Shown: piece after piece, positions 19,395 through 27,517 of the stretch
How positions within the stretch are numbered: the first letter of the stretch is position 1
How the letters are laid out: every line of letters begins with the position of its first letter
Program-made: the position numbers and the translations under genes
Notes under the pieces: generated by a model
What the model was told of the DNA's origin: nothing
Database searches by the model: none
The model's input: only the letters and a program-made list of their open reading frames with translations
Source: an uncultured Gemmatimonadales bacterium
Lineage (GTDB): Bacteria; Gemmatimonadota; Gemmatimonadetes; Gemmatimonadales; GWC2-71-9
NCBI GenBank assembly: GCA_963739455.1
Contig: CAVUAK010000001.1
Coordinates: 231,300-295,299 of the forward strand
Direction of reading: 5' to 3'
Length of the DNA stretch: 64,000 nucleotides

Positions 19395-20422
19395 CAAGGC
19401 TGGCTCGACGCGGCGGCGCTCACCTGGGTGGCAAAGGGCTCCGGCTTGGCTGCCGACTCCGGCCACTCACCGCGAAGGAAGGTGGCCGCGGCGGTATCGA
19501 ATGCCGGTTCCGCCCCCAGCCAGGGGAAGCCGAACGCCCCGGCGATGAACGCGACACGTGCGTTCGGCAGGTGCTGCGCCCAGCGGGTCGCCGCAGCCTC
19601 CACCATCTCGTTGCCCGATCCCTCGATCACCAGCACCGGTGCCGGGACGTCATTCAGCGCCAGCCGCCAGCTCCAATAGCCCAGCTTCGACAGCACCGCG
19701 TAGTTGATGCGCTCCACCTGCTCGATGCGGTCGTCGGGTGCGCTGCACACGCTCCTGCCCACCGTCCGTGTGTCGGCGCGTGGATCCTTGAGCGTGCCGT
19801 AGAAGAACGTCGGCCACACCACCCGGCATGCACGCGACACACTCTCCCCACGCCGCAGTTGCCCCAGCATCTGGGCCTCTCGGCCACGTCCGGTGGTATC
19901 GGTGCGCTGCATGCCGATCTCAAAGGCGAAGGAGGGGTGTACCACGAAGGGACTGACCATCAGGATGCGAGATACCCGATCCGGATGGCGTATGGCATAG
20001 AGAGCGCCCACCGCTGCACCCCAGTGGTGCCCGACCAGCGTGAGTCGCGAAAGGCCGAAGTGCTGACGCACCGATTCGAGGTCGGCCACGTCGGAATCGG
20101 GCGAGAGGGCAAGCGAGTCGGTCACGGCATCCGACCGCCCGCGTCCCCGCATGTCGTAGTAGATCAGTGTCCGCCCCGCCTGCAGCGCCTGGAGCGGTGC
20201 CTCGAGGTACACATGATCCACACCGGGCCCGCCATGCAGCACGACCACCGTGTCCGGCCCCGATCCAAGCGCGACGTATGACAGTCGAATCCCGCTCGCG
20301 GTTGTGACCGTTCCCTGTTCCCTGTTCCCTGTTCCCTTGGCGGTACACGCGGTTCCCGCCCATACCACGGCACACACGATGGACAGCACGCGTAGCGGAC
20401 TCATTGAATTCCCGGCTGACAT
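19394..20422 (-). CDS. alpha/beta hydrolase (proline iminopeptidase-like) lipoprotein
   Basis: ORF extends to 20500; likely starts are ATG 20422 or 20404 (MSPLRVLSIVCAVVWAGTAC). HGGPG oxyanion motif and GHHWGA nucleophile-elbow-like motif. Its stop shares a base with the TBDR ATG (TGATG, 19392-19396). Confidence 0.7.
   Translation of the reverse strand: MSAGNSMSPLRVLSIVCAVVWAGTACTAKGTGNREQGTVTTASGIRLSYVALGSGPDTVVVLHGGPGVDHVYLEAPLQALQAGRTLIYYDMRGRGRSDAVTDSLALSPDSDVADLESVRQHFGLSRLTLVGHHWGAAVGALYAIRHPDRVSRILMVSPFVVHPSFAFEIGMQRTDTTGRGREAQMLGQLRRGESVSRACRVVWPTFFYGTLKDPRADTRTVGRSVCSAPDDRIEQVERINYAVLSKLGYWSWRLALNDVPAPVLVIEGSGNEMVEAAATRWAQHLPNARVAFIAGAFGFPWLGAEPAFDTAAATFLRGEWPESAAKPEPFATQVSAAASSQP
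20311..20338. repeat. CCCTGTT-family heptamer repeat, 4 copies, inside the hydrolase CDS
   Basis: ttccctg x3 plus ttccctt read directly. On the coding (minus) strand it encodes KGTGNREQGT directly after the lipobox Cys. Confidence 0.9.
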
Positions 20423-20542
20423 GGAGAACGTCGGAAGAGCGCGCCAAGTATCCCCCGCCGCGGCTGCATCAAGTGCAGCGCGCGGTATCGTCCTTGGCAC
20501 GTCTGGGTATCGTGTTCGTTACTTGACGGAAGGCGTACGGAG

Positions 20543-22186
20543 CTATCGGATGCGTGCGATCGCGATACGGGCGGCGAGCAATGGTGCGATGGCCTGGCCG
20601 CCTCCACCCGTCAGGCGCACCGGCACCGCCGCCGCATTGGCCGGCAGCACGAACCGCACATGCTGCCCCGATCCCGCGCGCAGCGTGCCGCTCCGGGCGT
20701 AGCTGGCACCGCTGGTGCTGTCGGGACGGAGCGGATACACCGGTGAGAGCTGCGACATCGTGGCACGCAGGTTGACCGACAGGTACTGCAGTTGTGGTGG
20801 AACCGTGGGAAGCCCCTCGAGATTGTCGAGGTAGTTGGCGAGCTGCCATGCGCCCACCAGCTGGTCGAACGCCGTGCCGGTCACTGCAGCAACATTGTCA
20901 CTGCCGACGACGCTCGTCTGTACCAGCGCGCGGGTAAGCGCCGTTCCCTTCACATCCGCTCCGGCGTACTGGTCCGCCAGCCACCGCACGAAGAGCCACT
21001 GCGCACCCCGCTCCTGCAGGTAGCCCAGTGAACTCCCAGGGTTCACCAGGAAGTAGTTCGCCGGTTCGCCGAAGTAACCCGATGCATTGTAGACGTCGCC
21101 CTGCAGGAACTGGGATTGCCGGGTCGCGGCATCGCCCTGTGCCGCCCCGTCGGGAATGAGCCGGCCGCCGAGTTCCTCGGCGAAGTGGGACAGGCCCTCG
21201 TTCAGCCAGACGTTCTCGGAGCTGCCACCGCGAACCAGCACATGCTGGTTGAAGCTGATCATGTGCTGGAACTCATGAATGAACGTCGGCGCCAGGCCCC
21301 GCAGCACGCGCTCCCGCGTGTGACCGCAGCCTGGATTGGCGGCATCTGGCACCCGGCTGTAGAACACCTCGCCCCCGTTCGATCCCGGCTCGCTCGGCAC
21401 CAGGTCCACCCCGTAGAAGTAGCCCAGGATGACCGACCCGTTGCTGCAGTCGCCGCTCAATGCGTTCACCGCACCCGAAAGGAGGATCGCGACGACCCCG
21501 TTGTCGTCGAGGTCCGATTCCCGTCCGAACGCCGTCGTGTCGATGGGATACATGTAGGTGTCGAAGAGCACGCCCACGTCGGTGATATCCTGGTCGGTCA
21601 GGCCGCCGGCCGGGACAGCGTCATCCACATAGATCGCGCCCTTGGCGCCCACGTAGCGCGCCGTCGCGGCCACCCGGACAAAAGCGGTGCAACTCGTCGT
21701 AGAGCAGACATTGAAGTCGCGATGGTCGCCCACGACCGGAAGGGCGACGAGCCTCGCGGCGCGCGGACCTGCAGGTGGTACGTCGCGAGTCAATCGCGCT
21801 TCCAGGTTCCGGAGTCGCTCGTGAAACGCTCCGTTCGGCTGGGGCGAGCCATCCGGTGAGGTAGCCCGCGCTCGCGTTGGGCTCCGCAGCGACGCCGATG
21901 TGCCTGCACCTGCCGTGAGCGAGTACGTACCACTGATCCCGCTCGTCACCTGCACTCCGTTTGTCGCGATCGCCGCCACGAGATACTCTGCGCCCGCAGG
22001 TCCCGCCGCCGGCAGCACCAGGCACCCCTCCGATAGCGACGGGTCAACCACGCGGTACTCGCCCGCTGCGAGGACAGTGGGTGTGATGGCGTCACATGGG
22101 CTGGCTGGCACCGGATCTGAGCCACCACAGGCAGTGGCAGCGGCGACTACGAGCAGTACGTGGTAGGCACGATGGGAAGAACGCAT
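20543..22186 (-). CDS. secreted zinc metalloprotease lipoprotein (gluzincin-type HExxH..E)
   Basis: ORF extends to 22234. ATG 22186 gives MRSSHRAYHVLLVVAAATAC. HEFQHMISF followed by WLNEGLSHFAEE. Confidence 0.65.
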   Translation of the reverse strand: MRSSHRAYHVLLVVAAATACGGSDPVPASPCDAITPTVLAAGEYRVVDPSLSEGCLVLPAAGPAGAEYLVAAIATNGVQVTSGISGTYSLTAGAGTSASLRSPTRARATSPDGSPQPNGAFHERLRNLEARLTRDVPPAGPRAARLVALPVVGDHRDFNVCSTTSCTAFVRVAATARYVGAKGAIYVDDAVPAGGLTDQDITDVGVLFDTYMYPIDTTAFGRESDLDDNGVVAILLSGAVNALSGDCSNGSVILGYFYGVDLVPSEPGSNGGEVFYSRVPDAANPGCGHTRERVLRGLAPTFIHEFQHMISFNQHVLVRGGSSENVWLNEGLSHFAEELGGRLIPDGAAQGDAATRQSQFLQGDVYNASGYFGEPANYFLVNPGSSLGYLQERGAQWLFVRWLADQYAGADVKGTALTRALVQTSVVGSDNVAAVTGTAFDQLVGAWQLANYLDNLEGLPTVPPQLQYLSVNLRATMSQLSPVYPLRPDSTSGASYARSGTLRAGSGQHVRFVLPANAAAVPVRLTGGGGQAIAPLLAARIAIARIR

Positions 22187-22268
22187 ACACTCCGCGGGCG
22201 CGAGTTGGCGGGTAAGGTCCGCCGTCCGCGTCACGGATCAATGATGGTACCGCAACGTTCGTCTATCT

Positions 22269-22298
22269 CTGTTCCCTGTTTCCCTGTTCCCTGTTCCC
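22269..22298. repeat. CCCTGTT-family heptamer repeat, 4 copies (one unit has an extra t)
   Basis: ctgttcc ctgtttcc ctgttcc ctgttcc read directly. It lies immediately 3' of the sulfatase stop (22300-22302), in the spacer before the metalloprotease gene. Confidence 0.9.
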
Positions 22299-22299
22299 G

Positions 22300-24696
22300 C
22301 TACTTCAAGTACTCGATCGTCGTCTTCCCAATCGTGCCATTGAACGGGAACGGAGCTTGGTCGTAGTAGTCCGCTGATACCGGTGAGTCCAGGTCGGTGC
22401 CGATGTCGAACGTCGCGTTCGACGTGAAGTGAAGCGACATCGCTCGCGGCACCCGGCCCGTCCCCACCACCGCGCCATCCACCCGGAGCGTGATGTCCAT
22501 CGGGCCACCGATCGGGCCGGCCAGCTTCGACTCCACTTCAATCGTGCGTTGGCCCGCTGGCACCCGGCCCTTGGACCGGATCCTGGTGCGCTCCACCTCG
22601 AAGAGGTTGAACTCGTACCAGAGGACATTGTCCTTCAAATAGCTCGTGACACCGCCGGAAAATCCCGCCAGCGCATAGAGCACCCCATTTGCCCTGGCAG
22701 GCACATCCACCTTCATCGTCACCAGGCTGCTGTTCTTGCCCAGCTTTGGTGCTGCCGATTCTGGCATCCGCGTAATCGGCGCATCGAAAGACCAGCTCGT
22801 GGCGGTGGGAGCCGGTGCATCCTCCGGATGGAACAGCGCGGTAGACCACAACCCGCCGCCGATCGGCATGTTCTTGTTCTTCTTCGACTCCTCGATGAAG
22901 AGCGCCTTCATCTCCTCGAGCTTGGCGGGCTCCGCCGCCGCCAGGTCGGTCGCCTGGCTCCAGTCGTCGTCGATGTGGTAGAGCTCCCACTTGTCCGTAA
23001 GTGGCGACCACTCCTTGATCCCCTTCGGGATGCCACCGACCCACGGGTCACGCGGCCCCGGCGCGCTCGCGAACCAGCCGTCGTGGTAGATCCCGCGACT
23101 CGCCATGATGTCGAAGAACTGGGTGTGGCGATGCCCGGCCGCCGCCGGGTCGCCGAACGCGTACACCATGCTGGTGCCCGCGATGGAGTCCTGCGTGAAC
23201 CCGTTCACCACCCGCGGCGGCGTGATCTTCGTCAGTTCATAGATCGTGGGAACGATGTCGATGACATGATGGAACTGAGGGCGCGGCGTCGTATCGTGGG
23301 TAATGTGCCCCGGCCACGCAATCGCCATCGGCTGGCGCGTGCCACCGAAGTACGCCCCCATCAGCTTGGTGCCCTGGTACGGCGTGCTGCCGGCCCACGC
23401 CCACCCCGCGTGGAACATGTTGTCGGTCTTTGGCCCGCCCAGCACCGGCAGCCCGCCGAGCTCCTGCAGCGCCTTGATGTGCTGCGCGATCGTGGTCGGT
23501 ATCCCGTTCTGCGCCAGCTGCTCGCTGATCGTGCCGTTCAGCCCCTCCGATGACGACCCGTTGTCGCCCCAGATGTACAGCACCAGGGTGTTGTCGAGCC
23601 TGCCCTCCTTCTCGATTTCATCGATCACCAGGCCCGCGTTGTAGTCGGCGTGCTCGGCGAAACCCGCCCAGATCTCCATCAGGCGGCGCTGGAACGGCTT
23701 CTCCGATTCCGGGATCGATTCCCACGACGCCATCGTCGTGGCTCGCGGCGTCAGCTTCGCGTCCTGCGGAATCCATCCCTTGGCCTTCGCCCGCTCGAAT
23801 GTCCGCACCCGGTATGCATCCCAGCCGTCGTCGAACTTCCCCTTGTAGCGGTCGGCCCACTCCTTCCACACCTGGTGCGGGCCATGCGCCGCGCCCGGTG
23901 CCCAGTACATGAAGAAGGGCTTGTCAGGTGCGTAGGCCTTCTGCTCGCGGAGCCACCGGATGGCGTCCTGCGCGAGATCCTCCGACAGGTGATAGCGCTT
24001 GGGCCTCTCCTCCGTCACCTGCGTCGTGTTTCGGACGAGCGTCGGTTCGTACTGTGATGCTTCACCAGCGAGGAAACCGTAGAAGTACTCGAACCCGTAG
24101 CCGGTGGGCCAATAGTCGAATGGGCCCTTGTCGGTGATCTGGTCCTCTGGCGTGTTGTGCCACTTCCCCCAGGCCCCCGTGTTGTAGCCGTAGTCCTTGA
24201 GCACCTCGACCATTGTCGCTGAGGTCTTGGGGATGACGCCGCTGAAGCCGTCGAAGTCATTGGCGATCGCGGAGATCTGCCCGTTGCCCACGAAGGTGTG
24301 GTTGCGGCCCGTCAGGAGCGACGCTCGCGTCGGCGAGCACATCGCGGTCGAGTGGAACCGATTGAAGGAGATCCCCATGTTCGCGATGCGGCTGAGCGTC
24401 GGCGTGTTGACCTCGCCGCCATAGGTGGACGGGGTGCCGGGTCCGACATCGTCCATCAGGATGATCAGGATATTTGGCGCATCCGCCGCGAGATGTTTCG
24501 GCTCGACCCGCTTGTGGTAGGTCGAGGTCTCCATCGTCAGTCCCGGAGTGGACGCGGAGGGCGCAGGCGGAAAGGGCAGCACCTCACCCGTCATCACCTG
24601 CTCGGTCCCCTTGCTTGCGGACTCCTTGCAGGCGGTTACGATGGATGCGAAGACCAGGGCGGACGCCAGCCGCCGGTACCGGCAATGGATTCTCAT
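22300..24696 (-). CDS. arylsulfatase (formylglycine-dependent sulfatase family), lipoprotein
   Basis: ORF extends to 24825. ATG 24696 gives MRIHCRYRRLASALVFASIVTAC. Sulfatase signature MCSPTRASLLTGRNH and NILIILMDDVG. Confidence 0.85.
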   Translation of the reverse strand: MRIHCRYRRLASALVFASIVTACKESASKGTEQVMTGEVLPFPPAPSASTPGLTMETSTYHKRVEPKHLAADAPNILIILMDDVGPGTPSTYGGEVNTPTLSRIANMGISFNRFHSTAMCSPTRASLLTGRNHTFVGNGQISAIANDFDGFSGVIPKTSATMVEVLKDYGYNTGAWGKWHNTPEDQITDKGPFDYWPTGYGFEYFYGFLAGEASQYEPTLVRNTTQVTEERPKRYHLSEDLAQDAIRWLREQKAYAPDKPFFMYWAPGAAHGPHQVWKEWADRYKGKFDDGWDAYRVRTFERAKAKGWIPQDAKLTPRATTMASWESIPESEKPFQRRLMEIWAGFAEHADYNAGLVIDEIEKEGRLDNTLVLYIWGDNGSSSEGLNGTISEQLAQNGIPTTIAQHIKALQELGGLPVLGGPKTDNMFHAGWAWAGSTPYQGTKLMGAYFGGTRQPMAIAWPGHITHDTTPRPQFHHVIDIVPTIYELTKITPPRVVNGFTQDSIAGTSMVYAFGDPAAAGHRHTQFFDIMASRGIYHDGWFASAPGPRDPWVGGIPKGIKEWSPLTDKWELYHIDDDWSQATDLAAAEPAKLEEMKALFIEESKKNKNMPIGGGLWSTALFHPEDAPAPTATSWSFDAPITRMPESAAPKLGKNSSLVTMKVDVPARANGVLYALAGFSGGVTSYLKDNVLWYEFNLFEVERTRIRSKGRVPAGQRTIEVESKLAGPIGGPMDITLRVDGAVVGTGRVPRAMSLHFTSNATFDIGTDLDSPVSADYYDQAPFPFNGTIGKTTIEYLK

Positions 24697-24713
24697 GACC
24701 GTATCTTGCTGTC

Positions 24714-25925
24714 GTGAAGGGAAGAACGCCAATGCCTGCGAACGACGACCTTGAAGATGGCAACGACAGTGGCCACGCGATATCCCTGATCCGTGGCGAC
24801 CCGCTCTTCCGCCTCCAGCGTGCAATCGGCCTTATCCCGCCCCAGGGGCTCGGCCTGGTTCGTCGTGCCGTCTTCGCGGCACTGGTCACCTGGCTACCCA
24901 TCGCCATCTGGGCCTGGTGGCGCGGTCACGTCTTCGGCAGCACCATCGATGAACCGCTGCTGCAACACTACGGCGTGCATGTTCGCTGCCTCGTCGCCAT
25001 TCCATTGCTGATTTTCGCCGAGGGCATGGCAAGTGCCGTCTCCCGGCGCTTGCTGCCGCAGTTTGTGCGGGCCGGGATCGTGTCGGAGGACGATGCATTC
25101 CACCAGGTCGTGCGCGACATGGCTCGCCTGCGCGATCGCACCCTCCCCTGGGTCTTCATCGCCGGGGTGGTCGTCGCCTGGATAGTGCTGGAGCCGGCGA
25201 GCCATCAGGCCCATGACCTCTTGTGGGCCGTGGATCCACCGCCGGCCGGCGGCATGGGGTTCGGTGGGTGGTGGTACCTCTACGTCGTGCGCCCCGTCTA
25301 TATCACGCTGGTGCTCGCCTGGATCTGGCGTCTCCTGCTGCTCACCGTGCTGATGTTCCGCGTGTCACGGCTTCCCCTGTCGCTCGTACCAACGCATCCC
25401 GACCGCCAGGCTGGGCTGGGATTCCTTGCGGCGGTTCCGGGCGCGTTCTCGCTCGTGATCCTTGCGCTCTCGTCTGTCCTTGCATCCGGCTGGGCCCACA
25501 ACGTCATGTTCCACGAGGTCACGCTCCTGCAGCTCCGGATCCCCGCCGCTGCCTTTCTCGTGCTGACCACGACGGTCTTCCTGGCCCCCCTCCTCGTGTT
25601 TGCACCGGCACTGGCGCGGACCAGGAAATTCGCCAGGCTCGAATATTCCGCGCTCGTGGCACGACACGGCAGGGCAGTGCGCGAACGCTGGATCAATGGC
25701 AAGCCGGTTGTCGAGGACGAGGCGCTCCTGTCGGCCCCCGAGATAGGTCCCGTCGCCGACACCATCTCCATGTATGACGCCGTCGCGCGCATGCGGCCCC
25801 TGCCCGTGGGGCGCACCAGCCTCCTCTCGGTGCTTGTTCCTGCCATCGTTCCCATGTTCGTCGTCGTGGCGCTGCGCATTCCCATCAAGGACGTTTTCCT
25901 TTCCCTGCTCAAGGCCATCACCTAG
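24714..25925 (+). CDS. polytopic membrane protein of unknown function
   Basis: 403-aa ORF (GTG 24714 or ATG 24732) with about 8 hydrophobic segments. Divergent from the sulfatase gene. No family recognised. Confidence 0.5.
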   Translation: MKGRTPMPANDDLEDGNDSGHAISLIRGDPLFRLQRAIGLIPPQGLGLVRRAVFAALVTWLPIAIWAWWRGHVFGSTIDEPLLQHYGVHVRCLVAIPLLIFAEGMASAVSRRLLPQFVRAGIVSEDDAFHQVVRDMARLRDRTLPWVFIAGVVVAWIVLEPASHQAHDLLWAVDPPPAGGMGFGGWWYLYVVRPVYITLVLAWIWRLLLLTVLMFRVSRLPLSLVPTHPDRQAGLGFLAAVPGAFSLVILALSSVLASGWAHNVMFHEVTLLQLRIPAAAFLVLTTTVFLAPLLVFAPALARTRKFARLEYSALVARHGRAVRERWINGKPVVEDEALLSAPEIGPVADTISMYDAVARMRPLPVGRTSLLSVLVPAIVPMFVVVALRIPIKDVFLSLLKAIT

Positions 25926-27333
25926 CCGAGAGCACCGATTCCGCAGCCGCTATCGCCCGCGCGACATCGCGGGCATTCGTGCGCCAGTTCACCACGCTCA
26001 CGCGCATCGCTCGCCGGCCGCGCCATGTCGTGCCGCTGAAGAACGCCTCGCCCGTCGCATTGATCCCCGCGATCACCGAGTCGGTATAGCGGTCATCATC
26101 CTCCTGCGACGCACCTGCCCGCGGAGCGTGGAACCGCACCAGCCCCTGGTTCAGGTCCGACACCCACAGTGCCTCCGCTCCCTTCAATGCTCCGATGCCG
26201 GTGACAATCGCTCGGCAGTGGTCACAACACCGATCCACCAGTGCCTCGAGGCCCTCGCGTCCGAGCTCCCGTATCGCCGCGTATACCGTGTAACCGCGAC
26301 CACGCCGGGAGAACTCCGGTGTCCAGTCGAGCTGGTCCCGCGCGCGATCGTCGGGAGCCAGGTATGACGCGCTCACCGTCATTGCCGCGCGATGTGCCTC
26401 CCGGTCGCGCACGATCGCGATGCCGCAGTCGAACGGCACGTTGAGCCATTTGTGGCCATCGGTAGCCCAGCTGTCGGCGGTCTCCACGCCTGCCATCAGG
26501 CCGTGCTTGGCCCGGCTCGCGCGCGCGATCAACCCGAACGCGCCATCGACATGCACCCACGCATTCGACGCACGCGCAATCGGGATCAGTTCCTTGAAGG
26601 GATCGAACGCCGCGATGTTGAGGTCCGCTGCGTTTAGCACCACGATGCTCGGCCCCTTCCACTCGGCGAGCGCCCTGGTCAGTGTCTCCGGCGCCAGTTG
26701 CCCCACCTCGTTGCTGGGAAGCACCTGCAGGCTGCTGGTGCCGAAGCCCAGGTAACGCACCGCGCGGTCGATCGTGCTGTGTTTCTGGTCGCTCACGAAG
26801 ATCCGGGTGGCCGGCGCCCCGGTCAGTCCGCTGTGCTCGACATCCCAGCCCACGCGCTGCAGCACCGCGTGCCGCGCCGCCGCGAGGCAGGTGAAGTGGG
26901 CCATCTGGCAGCCCGTCACGAATGCGAACGCTGCCGCGCGGGGAAGGTCCAGCAGTTCCTTGATCCAGGCCCCCGCCACCTCCTCCACCACCGCGGGCGC
27001 CGGGGCCACGGCGAACTGTCCGGCATTGCCATCCCACGCGGAGGTAAGCCAGTCCGCGGCGAGCGCGGCATCGAGTGACCCGCCGATCACCCAGGCGTAG
27101 AACCGCCCGCTCGCCGAGCCGTGATGGCCGCCAGCCGTCTGCGCCACCAGCTCATCGATGATCTGCGCCGGGTCCGTCCCCCGCTCCGGCACGGGCAGGT
27201 GCAACCGCGCGCGCAGTGTCGCGAGATCCGCCCGCGCGCCAACCGGCCTCGTATCGAGACCCGCCAGCCACTCCGAGGCATGATGAACGGCGCGCAGCAG
27301 CGCCGGCGGGGGATTGACCTGTTCACTTGCCAC
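25918..27333 (-). CDS. PLP-dependent decarboxylase (group II, aspartate aminotransferase fold)
   Basis: 471 aa. HVDGAFGL and SWATDGHKWLNVPFDCG (PLP-lysine context) are typical of pyridoxal-dependent decarboxylases. Confidence 0.75.
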   Translation of the reverse strand: MASEQVNPPPALLRAVHHASEWLAGLDTRPVGARADLATLRARLHLPVPERGTDPAQIIDELVAQTAGGHHGSASGRFYAWVIGGSLDAALAADWLTSAWDGNAGQFAVAPAPAVVEEVAGAWIKELLDLPRAAAFAFVTGCQMAHFTCLAAARHAVLQRVGWDVEHSGLTGAPATRIFVSDQKHSTIDRAVRYLGFGTSSLQVLPSNEVGQLAPETLTRALAEWKGPSIVVLNAADLNIAAFDPFKELIPIARASNAWVHVDGAFGLIARASRAKHGLMAGVETADSWATDGHKWLNVPFDCGIAIVRDREAHRAAMTVSASYLAPDDRARDQLDWTPEFSRRGRGYTVYAAIRELGREGLEALVDRCCDHCRAIVTGIGALKGAEALWVSDLNQGLVRFHAPRAGASQEDDDRYTDSVIAGINATGEAFFSGTTWRGRRAMRVSVVNWRTNARDVARAIAAAESVLSAR

Positions 27334-27389
27334 AAACGCTCCGGGTAGGACTCGGCTGTTATTCTAGCCGAACCTCCTTCGTACCGCCT

Positions 27390-27427
27390 CCTGTTTCCTG
27401 CTTTCTGTTCCCCGTTCCCTGTTCCCG
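27390..27427. repeat. degenerate CCCTGTT-family repeat tract
   Basis: cctgtttcctgctttctgttccccgttccctgttcccg lies in the divergent spacer between the decarboxylase and K1. Confidence 0.7.
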
Positions 27428-27517
27428 TATCTGACCACGGCGCATTTCGCAGCGTATGTTCATTGTCAGGCCTGCGAAGCAGGCCGTGGCAATCCAGTTG
27501 CCTGGCACGGAGCCCGC

